A DNA stretch of 64,000 bases, from NCBI GenBank assembly GCA_965234725.1, contig CBDDUX010000063.1, positions 15,281 through 79,280 of the forward strand, read 5' to 3'. Under the pieces are notes generated by a model. That model did not search any database. It was not told the origin of the DNA and saw only the letters and a list, made by a program, of their open reading frames with translations. Shown here piece after piece: positions 56,409 to 64,000 of this stretch; the first letter of the stretch is position 1, and each line of letters opens with the position of its first letter. The translations under genes and the position numbers were made by a program. The stretch is from Thermoplasmatota archaeon (lineage in GTDB: Archaea > Thermoplasmatota > Penumbrarchaeia > Penumbrarchaeales > Penumbrarchaeaceae).

Positions 56409-57799
56409 GTCAATGGGATCAGATCAAGATTGGGGAATCCGTGGTCCTCACTTGGAAGGATCGCAAAGATCGTTGTCTCCGGTTTCACACCAAAGAAGCA
56501 AGGTATCGAATTGATCCTTATCATTCTGAGATATACATCTGACATGTTCCTTATCCCTTGACCGATCTTGAGCCCGGGTTTTGCTATTCCTATGCCAAGT
56601 GTCTTCGTAACCTTGGTCTTTGAAACCCCGGTCAATAGATGTCTCAATGTCAGGGATTCTCCGATCAGATATTCCATTGTGTCAAGTCCGACGAAATCAA
56701 GATAGGGCTTCTTCTCCCTTCCACTAAGTTTCTGATAGACTTCCATACCCTTCTGCTGTATACCATCCTTACGTGATGCACCCATGGGTATGATGTATTC
56801 CTTTGCTGATGATGAGGCAAAATAATCAAGGAAATATAGTTTCTCTGAAAGCCTATCCAGATCCACATAGTTCATCAGGTCTCCCCTGATCGATTCTGGA
56901 TGTTCACCCGCCGGAGTGACCATTAGAACCCCTTGATCGTGTTGAAGGAAATTCAAAAGGACGGGTCTGAGAAGAAGCAGGTATTCAGAAGAAAGGATGT
57001 TATCATCCACATCAAGGATATTATACGAACCTCTTTTGAACCCACCAGCGAGAATTCGATCCAGATCATCTGTTCCCGTTGAGAAATAGGTCTCAGTATC
57101 ATCGATAGGTATCCATTTTCCTTTCGGTGTGGTGTCAACGGACCAGGGTTTGAAGGATCTGAAACGTCCATTATGGAGTGTGAAAAGGTAATTCGAGTTC
57201 CTGACCTCGACTCCCCTCATCTTCTCGAATGTCAGTGCCCTGAACCTCCTCCCCTCCTTTTCATCGAAATATAATCTCACAACCCCTCCCGCCAGATGGT
57301 CCAGGTAAGTTGTCCCTTCCTTTTCTTGAACGATGATCGCAGAGACATTTGATCCCTGAACGAGGGATACAACTTCTTTCATCTTCCTCTCTGGGTTCTC
57401 ATATTGCTCTGTGATCGCATTAATGGGATCGAAGAGCATGTAACCAATACCATCGGCGTTCTTCTGGTTCAAGAAATCGAATTCCCTTTTGAACCAGTTA
57501 GGATCCGCCATCTTGGTGTTACCATGAAAAGCAAGAAGATTGAATTTCTCAGGACCATCGACAAGCCATTCGTATTCGGATCTCAGCTGGTCCGAATCCA
57601 TCCTGGGAAATATAGTGATACCTATCTTCTTCTGGCAGAGGGCCTTCATACATTCTAGCGAGAACATTGTCTTGCCTGATCCTGGAGGACCTTTAACGAG
57701 AAGGATCTCTCCAACGTTCTCTCTGAAAAAACTAATAACCTCTGCGGGAATATGGTCCACCGGGTCCGGGCTCATTCCTTTAATATCCTGACCTGGCAT
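56405..57799 (-). CDS. KaiC/GvpD-like RecA-superfamily ATPase (start 57799 or 57775)
   Basis: GPPGSGKT, EKMRG; second domain STG..DLD.ILAGG without a Walker A. Confidence 0.8.
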   Translation of the reverse strand: MPGQDIKGMSPDPVDHIPAEVISFFRENVGEILLVKGPPGSGKTMFSLECMKALCQKKIGITIFPRMDSDQLRSEYEWLVDGPEKFNLLAFHGNTKMADPNWFKREFDFLNQKNADGIGYMLFDPINAITEQYENPERKMKEVVSLVQGSNVSAIIVQEKEGTTYLDHLAGGVVRLYFDEKEGRRFRALTFEKMRGVEVRNSNYLFTLHNGRFRSFKPWSVDTTPKGKWIPIDDTETYFSTGTDDLDRILAGGFKRGSYNILDVDDNILSSEYLLLLRPVLLNFLQHDQGVLMVTPAGEHPESIRGDLMNYVDLDRLSEKLYFLDYFASSSAKEYIIPMGASRKDGIQQKGMEVYQKLSGREKKPYLDFVGLDTMEYLIGESLTLRHLLTGVSKTKVTKTLGIGIAKPGLKIGQGIRNMSDVYLRMIRINSIPCFFGVKPETTIFAILPSEDHGFPNLDLIPLT

Positions 57800-57839
57800 A
57801 ATAAAGATGTCGCTGTTTTTAGGGTCGTGGGGAAAACAG

Positions 57840-58124
57840 ATGTCTGAAAAAGAGAAACCAGAGAAGATCGAAGTGAAATACAAACCGGGATCTTCGGATA
57901 AGACAAGGACCGTGGCTTTGAAGCTCCAGGAGATCTTCAACGGTCCCGTATTCGAAAAAATGGTCAGAAATGCGGTGGAGGAGATGATACTCGAGGGAAA
58001 GCTGACATATGATATTGTGACAGACACCATTGATGTCCCGGAAGATATTGTGAGGAACTGGGCTGCTGATCAGGAAAAAAGGATATGGTCCAAGAAAAAG
58101 GGTTCATCCCCCTCCAAAAAGTGA
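57840..58124 (+). CDS. Hypothetical small protein
   Basis: Fills the gap between opposed genes; charged 94-aa ORF. Confidence 0.55.
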   Translation: MSEKEKPEKIEVKYKPGSSDKTRTVALKLQEIFNGPVFEKMVRNAVEEMILEGKLTYDIVTDTIDVPEDIVRNWAADQEKRIWSKKKGSSPSKK

Positions 58125-60269
58125 TGGGAGTACTATCCACAGAGCAACAATAGTACCAAGGACAGCTTCCCCGACCATGAGGCCAGTGGCCATCATGTAG
58201 GTCCCCATGATCTTAAAGGTCTTCATATCCTCTGCCCAGTTTTCCTTCTTTGCGGTGGGTTCAAGATATTTCTTCTCCCAGAGGTCCCTTGCGGCACCTC
58301 CGGCCAGCATTGGGATCTGAATACCCAATGGAAGGTACATTCCGAGCCCGAATGCGGTTCCCATTCCTATAAGGAGCTCCAGGAGTACACCTATGAAGAT
58401 ACCCGCAAAGAAGATCCTGAGTTGTATGGCACCTTCCACGATCGCTTTTACGAATACGGAAAAAGCATGTGCCTGCGGGGCAGGGAGGTTCAATTCACCT
58501 GTTCCCAGGCCGTAGGAGAATATCACAGCGAATATTCCAGATATGATCGCTCCTGGTATTATGCCCATGGTCAATCCCTTCACTAGATCATGGGGCCTGT
58601 TACCGCAGTAAAGGCCTATCTTGAAGTTCATGACCAGGTCCCCTGACATGGAGATGGCCGCACCAAAAACGGTTGTGCCTACAAGGGACATCACGATCAT
58701 CTCGCTCTGTGACATCCTCACACCAAAGATAGGAAGAACCACCGTGAATACGAACATCAAGATGAGGAGTACAAGGAAAGAGGTGGCTGAAACGGGTTCT
58801 GTTCCGGTCTCTCCCATCACCTTTACGGCAATGGCACCAAGGAGGAAGGTCAAAACCACAAGAAGAATGGAGAAGACAATGGATGAGATCGGATGGAATC
58901 CTCCTATTATGAAGAAGATGGATACAAGAATGATCGTGGTGAAGAACACGATCCAAATATGAATGGCTGGCCATTCATACCATCCCCTTCTTGGCATGAA
59001 GAAGGCCTTGTTCTCATCCTCTATCTCCCCACCCTTCACAGATATCATCACATCCTTGAAGACGGTCTTGAAGACGGGGAGCATCTTTACCAACGCGGTG
59101 ATACCACCACCAAGGATGCACCCTATGGCCATGACCCGAGCCATGGAGTAAGCTGCATTTGCAGGTGAAGCGGGTATGCCTTCATATACAGTGCCAATGA
59201 GGTCGACCCCGAAGAACAGGTGCATCAATGATACATCGAAGAACTCTCCTGAATTTGCCCAGAAGTAGGGAGCATGTGTCCACACCGCCACCGGGACCAC
59301 AACGAACCATGTGAAAGCTGTCCCTAAGAATATTAAAAAGGCCGTCTTGAACTTCATGAACCAGCCAAGGCCGAATTGTATAGGTATGAGCGTGATCGAG
59401 AGAAAGGTAACCTTTGCCGGTTCCGGGGTGAATATGATATCACCGGCTTGATAATATTTATCCAATCCAAAACCAATTGCCATCCTGTCCATTATTGAAA
59501 CCTCTCCACCAAACAGAGAGAAAGGACCTGTGTCCTTGAACAATGGAAAATCCCTTATGAACGTGAAAAGGGCAGTTGCTCCGATCCATCCCATAGCTTG
59601 TCTGAAAGAGGATTTCGCTTGAGCTGTGGCTTCTGCAGAAGCAGCCCGGGAAAGGTCAAGGAGCTTGACCATTGCTTCGAAACCTGGAGTGGGGAGAGGG
59701 TCCTCAACAAGCCATATCCTTCTGAAGATGATGAAATACATAACCCCAAGAACCCCTGAGATCATGACGGATATTATCGCAATGGGCAGGAGCGGTGCAA
59801 GGGCAGATTCATTGATAAGGAACTCTCCACCCACCTTTTCTGCAGGATCCAGTGCCAGTATATATATGGCAGGAAAAGTGAAAACGAACCCGACGCAGAT
59901 CATTGCCGCTCCATTGGATGCGGTTGCGGCTATGTTCAGTGTCGCTGGTTTCAACCTGGCCGCCATACCCAGGAGGTATACCATATACCAGGACCCCGCG
60001 ACAACCATACCCACTTTAAGACCCACGTACTGGTTCACCATGGCGAACAATGCACCGATGGCAATGGAGATAAGGACCCATTTCCAAGACCAGGCCTTAG
60101 TCTCGAAACCTGTCTTTCTGTTGGTCTCATCAAGATATTGTTCCATTGCACCGGTATTGAAATTGATGAACATCTCGGGATCGAACCATTTAAGGGTCCC
60201 CTTCTCGATACCCTCGATACCCTTAGGTGTGATCGGTTGTCTATAGGTGGACTTCCTGACCCTGCCCAT
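58104..60269 (-). CDS. OPT-family oligopeptide transporter
   Basis: YVGLKVG, FTFPAI, LPAPQA, AFGLGMYLP, GLMVGE; many TMs. Confidence 0.9.
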   Translation of the reverse strand: MGRVRKSTYRQPITPKGIEGIEKGTLKWFDPEMFINFNTGAMEQYLDETNRKTGFETKAWSWKWVLISIAIGALFAMVNQYVGLKVGMVVAGSWYMVYLLGMAARLKPATLNIAATASNGAAMICVGFVFTFPAIYILALDPAEKVGGEFLINESALAPLLPIAIISVMISGVLGVMYFIIFRRIWLVEDPLPTPGFEAMVKLLDLSRAASAEATAQAKSSFRQAMGWIGATALFTFIRDFPLFKDTGPFSLFGGEVSIMDRMAIGFGLDKYYQAGDIIFTPEPAKVTFLSITLIPIQFGLGWFMKFKTAFLIFLGTAFTWFVVVPVAVWTHAPYFWANSGEFFDVSLMHLFFGVDLIGTVYEGIPASPANAAYSMARVMAIGCILGGGITALVKMLPVFKTVFKDVMISVKGGEIEDENKAFFMPRRGWYEWPAIHIWIVFFTTIILVSIFFIIGGFHPISSIVFSILLVVLTFLLGAIAVKVMGETGTEPVSATSFLVLLILMFVFTVVLPIFGVRMSQSEMIVMSLVGTTVFGAAISMSGDLVMNFKIGLYCGNRPHDLVKGLTMGIIPGAIISGIFAVIFSYGLGTGELNLPAPQAHAFSVFVKAIVEGAIQLRIFFAGIFIGVLLELLIGMGTAFGLGMYLPLGIQIPMLAGGAARDLWEKKYLEPTAKKENWAEDMKTFKIMGTYMMATGLMVGEAVLGTIVALWIVLPSLFGGG

Positions 60270-60463
60270 CTAACCACCCAGATTTTTCCGTTCAATGGAA
60301 CCGGACGATTCTGACAAACAGGAAATGGGTATTTAATGTTTGGTCAAATACAAAATCGATAACTTACCATTACTCTTGACAACTTCTTGATTAAGGTTAT
60401 ATCCGAAATCGGCATACCCTAAATACGTGAGGGGTTACCCGTTCACATAATGGAAGTGAACCT

Positions 60464-60706
60464 ATGTTCAACATTGAGGTCAAGGTGGGTCTGAAGAAGG
60501 GAGTGAGCGATCCCGAGGGTGCAAACACCCGTAAGTCGCTGGAGCTACTTGGTTTCAACCAGGTCAAGCAGGTGAAATACCTCAAAGTATACAGGATACA
60601 GGTGGATGCAGGATCCGAGGATGAAGCAAGAGCTATAGTTGAGGACATGTGCCAGAAATTGCTGACAAATCCTGTGATACATACTCACGATATAGTCTTC
60701 CTATGA
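60464..60706 (+). CDS. purS: FGAM synthase subunit PurS
   Basis: LKKGVSDPEG, LLTNPVIH. Confidence 0.95.
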   Translation: MFNIEVKVGLKKGVSDPEGANTRKSLELLGFNQVKQVKYLKVYRIQVDAGSEDEARAIVEDMCQKLLTNPVIHTHDIVFL

Positions 60707-60715
60707 GGGTCAAAG

Positions 60716-63103
60716 ATGGACATATCCAAATTTTTCAGAGATCTTGACCTTGAAGTCCCTGTAAGAGAGGTCCTGCTTTCGAAGGCATCTGAAGAGGAAC
60801 TCAAGCTCATATCAGATATCATGGCTATCGGTCTCTCTACCGAGGAAATAGCCCGGGTCAGGGACCATTTCGAACAGGTTGGGAGAGATCCCACAGATAT
60901 CGAACTGGAGGCTCTAGGTCAAGCATGGTCCGAACACTGCTGCTACAAATCTTCCAGATATTTCATGAAGAGATCATTCATCGGCATATCGGCCCCCCAG
61001 ACAATGGTGGAGGGAGAGGACGCAGGAGTTGTTGAGTTCGATGATGAGCATGTTTACGTTGTCGGACTGGAATCACACAATCATCCTTCTGCCATAGGTC
61101 CCTACGGCGGATCCGCAACAGGTGTTGGAGGCATCATCAGAGATGTTGTGTGTATGGGAGCACAACCAATAGCTGTGATCGATCCTCTTTTCTTTGGGCC
61201 TCTGAACACACCCAATAACGAGGTTCCTGAAGGGACAAATCACCCCAGGTTCATTTTTTCCGGTGTGGTTGCGGGCATTAGGGATTACGGAAACAGGATC
61301 GGGATACCGACCGTTGCAGGTATGGTCAGCTTTCATCCAGGATATACAGGGAATCCGCTTGTAAATGTTGGATGTGTAGGTATTGGAAGGAAAGAGCATG
61401 TAATTCATTCACGGGTAGGCGGTCCGGGAGAGATATACATACTTGCAGGTGGAAGGACTGGAAGGGATGGCATCCATGGAGTCACTTTCGCTTCCGCGGA
61501 CCTGTCAGCTGATTCCGAAGAAAAGGATAGAGGTTCAGTACAACTTGGAGACCCCATTACCAAAGAACCTCTCATACACTCATGCCTCGAACTGAATGAA
61601 AAAGGTCTGCTAAAGGGCATGAAGGACCTTGGAGGCGGAGGCCTTTCCTGTGTCAGCGGAGAGATGGCATTGGATGGTGGGGCCGGAGCTATAATCCATC
61701 TTGATCGGTTGCCACTAAAAGAGGATGGATTGGCGCCATGGGAGATATGGGTCTCAGAATCTCAGGAGAGAATGATGGTATCGGTCCTACCAGAGAATGT
61801 TGAAGAGGTCCTCCATATTTTCAAGAAATGGGATGTGGAGGCGGTTGTTGCAGGTGAAGTCGTTGAGGGAAAGAGAGTAAAGGCCATGTGGAAGGACCAG
61901 GTCATCCTTGACCTGGACCTCGAATTCTTCACAGCAGGCCCTCAATATTGCAGGGTCTATGAATCGAAGGTCATTGACAGAAGCCTTCCTGATACTGATT
62001 ACGGGAAAATGGATAGGTCCTCTTTCGAAGAATCTATACTATCACTTCTGGGTTCACCGAATATCTGCTCCAAGGAGGATATCTTCAGGACCTATGACCA
62101 TGAGGTCCGGGGAAGGACGATCATCAAACCTTCTGTTGGGATGCCCTTCAATCCAGGACCCTCTGATGCAGCTGTGATCAAGCCCCTGGAAGGATCCGAC
62201 AGAGGGATTGCCATAACTGCTGATGTGAATCCATACTTCTGCGAGATCGACCCTTACCTGGGATCTTTATCTGCCATGGAAGAATCATTGAGGAACCTTG
62301 TATCGATAGGAGCAAGACCTCATTCAGTCACCGATTGTCTGAACTTTGGGAATCCCGAAAAGCCAGACAGACTTGGGGATTTCGAGCAAGCTTGCGAGGC
62401 CATAGGGAAATTCGCAAGGAGATTCACGATCCCGGTAATTTCAGGGAATGTATCCCTTTACAATGAATCGGAGATCGGAAAGGTCCCTCCAACTCCTACG
62501 ATCATGATGATAGGGATCATAGAAGACATCAACAAGGCCACAACTTCCGACCTTAAGGAGGAAGGGAGCATTATCTATCTGACTGGAACAACCAAGAACG
62601 AAATGGGCGGGACCGCTTTCTACAGACATCTTGACCTCTCCTGCTCCTGTGTCCCGGAGGTGGATATGGACCTTTCGGAGAGGTCCATGGAGGCAATACT
62701 TGAGATGAATTCCGAAAGGCATCTTCTCTCTGTTCATGATCTTTCTGACGGCGGCCTGGCAGTTGCGATATCCGAGATGTGTATCGGTGGAGGGAAAGGG
62801 GCCGACATCAATATCGGAAGGATCATTTCCGCTGCGGAAGAGATCGGCAGACCATTGAAAAGGGAGGAGAAGATGTTCTCTGAATCCAATTCCAGATATC
62901 TGTTGGAAGTACCAACTGGATTCGCTTACAAGGTGGAGGACTGCCTTTCAAGGTACGATGTACCATATACCAAGCTTGGAACCGTTTTGAACAGTAATCT
63001 CAGGATCACAGATGGTGAAGAGATAATTTCAGACATCCCGGTGGAGGTCCTCGACCATGAATGGAGAAATGGATTGAGATCTCTTGTGGAGGGATCAGAA
63101 TGA
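60716..63103 (+). CDS. purL: FGAM synthase subunit PurL
   Basis: WSEHCCYKSS, ESHNHPS, DLGGGGL, SESQERM, NFGNPE. Confidence 0.97.
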   Translation: MDISKFFRDLDLEVPVREVLLSKASEEELKLISDIMAIGLSTEEIARVRDHFEQVGRDPTDIELEALGQAWSEHCCYKSSRYFMKRSFIGISAPQTMVEGEDAGVVEFDDEHVYVVGLESHNHPSAIGPYGGSATGVGGIIRDVVCMGAQPIAVIDPLFFGPLNTPNNEVPEGTNHPRFIFSGVVAGIRDYGNRIGIPTVAGMVSFHPGYTGNPLVNVGCVGIGRKEHVIHSRVGGPGEIYILAGGRTGRDGIHGVTFASADLSADSEEKDRGSVQLGDPITKEPLIHSCLELNEKGLLKGMKDLGGGGLSCVSGEMALDGGAGAIIHLDRLPLKEDGLAPWEIWVSESQERMMVSVLPENVEEVLHIFKKWDVEAVVAGEVVEGKRVKAMWKDQVILDLDLEFFTAGPQYCRVYESKVIDRSLPDTDYGKMDRSSFEESILSLLGSPNICSKEDIFRTYDHEVRGRTIIKPSVGMPFNPGPSDAAVIKPLEGSDRGIAITADVNPYFCEIDPYLGSLSAMEESLRNLVSIGARPHSVTDCLNFGNPEKPDRLGDFEQACEAIGKFARRFTIPVISGNVSLYNESEIGKVPPTPTIMMIGIIEDINKATTSDLKEEGSIIYLTGTTKNEMGGTAFYRHLDLSCSCVPEVDMDLSERSMEAILEMNSERHLLSVHDLSDGGLAVAISEMCIGGGKGADINIGRIISAAEEIGRPLKREEKMFSESNSRYLLEVPTGFAYKVEDCLSRYDVPYTKLGTVLNSNLRITDGEEIISDIPVEVLDHEWRNGLRSLVEGSE

Positions 63104-63972
63104 AGGCAGAGGAGGTCCGGGTCTGTGTTCTGAGAATGGAAGGTACAAACTGTGAGCAGGAGACCTTCGATGCCTTCAAGAGGATCGGAGCTTCTCCCGA
63201 GTTCGTTCACATCAAACAGCTCGAGGGAAGAGATACCAATGTTGGAGAGAAGAGATCTCTCGATGAATATCATATCCTGATGTTCCCTGGAGGGTTTTCC
63301 GCTGGGGATTATATCAGGGCGGGTGCGATCTTCGCTGCCAGATTGAAAGCATCGATCCCGAATGACCTTATCAGGTTCATAGAGGATGGAAAGGCGGTAG
63401 GTGGATTCTGTAATGGATTCCAGATAATGGTGGAACTGGGGATACTCCCCGCATTCGATTCCACGATGGCCGATCACCCCGAAGCCGTCCTTCACGCAAA
63501 TGATTCTGGTAAGTTTGAATGTAGACCTTCGGTCCTGAAACATGTCAACAAGGGAAAATGTATCTGGACATCTAAATTGAAGGAGGGAGATCTACGCTTG
63601 ATCCCCTGTGCCCATGCCGAAGGGAAATTCATGCTCCCTGGTACGGACCAGAAGAAGGAGGATGCACTTTATGACCGGCTCTTCGAGGAGGACAGGATAG
63701 TATTCAGGTATTCTGATCTCCAGGGGGATACGGATGCAAGCTACCCCTTCAATCCTAACGGTTCCAGGTTTAACATTGCAGGGATCACGAACGATCAGGG
63801 CAATGTTTTCGGAATGATGCCCCATCCGGAGAGGGTTTTCTTCAGGAATACGCATCCGGACTGGTATCGCAGGAGAGTAGGGCCCGAGGAAGGAGATGGA
63901 AGGAAGGTTTTCGAATCGGTACTGGATCATATCATAAACAAATTCGGCTCATCTCCAATTTTAGGTAAATGA
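63100..63972 (+). CDS. purQ: FGAM synthase glutaminase subunit PurQ
   Basis: GTNCE, PGGFSAGD, CNGFQ, AHAEG, MMPHPER. Confidence 0.97.
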   Translation: MKAEEVRVCVLRMEGTNCEQETFDAFKRIGASPEFVHIKQLEGRDTNVGEKRSLDEYHILMFPGGFSAGDYIRAGAIFAARLKASIPNDLIRFIEDGKAVGGFCNGFQIMVELGILPAFDSTMADHPEAVLHANDSGKFECRPSVLKHVNKGKCIWTSKLKEGDLRLIPCAHAEGKFMLPGTDQKKEDALYDRLFEEDRIVFRYSDLQGDTDASYPFNPNGSRFNIAGITNDQGNVFGMMPHPERVFFRNTHPDWYRRRVGPEEGDGRKVFESVLDHIINKFGSSPILGK

Positions 63973-64000
63973 ATGTACCGCCTACGTATTCGTTGAATTG

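Noticed and set aside
57800..58030. N-terminal extension of the KaiC-like ORF
   Set aside because: Overlaps a more plausible opposite-strand gene and precedes the recognisable domain.

Overview
Archaeal chromosomal DNA: rpl7ae/rps28e/rpl24e, TFS, TBP-fold protein, Nob1, Trm1 and CDIN1. Gene content (heliorhodopsin, many giant FG-GAP/TSP3 surface proteins with C-terminal anchors, AAA+TPR protein) suggests an uncultured Thermoplasmatota lineage; this is inference. Housekeeping genes include pyrE, purD, purS/L/Q, nrdJ, ndk, trxB and a DRG GTPase. No integrase, transposase, RT or cas gene is visible. The main unexplained signal is non-coding and sits at both tRNA genes, Ser(CGA) 31019-31103 and Gly(TCC) 52889-52964. 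Each is flanked by hairpin-packed inserts bounded by duplicated tRNA fragments. At all three junctions an inverted copy of the intact tRNA sequence spanning the breakpoint lies nearby. At tRNA-Ser one such unit forms a 3.2 x 136-bp tandem array with conserved cGNAg triloop hairpins and structure-preserving substitutions. This is a candidate undescribed tRNA-targeted, base-pairing-guided non-autonomous element or structured ssDNA/RNA system. Other points of interest: a VIT-vWA-TM-wHTH one-component sensor, a degenerate TBP paralog, a heliorhodopsin next to a KDSR-like reductase, a probable CTG-initiated gene, and several candidate structured leaders.
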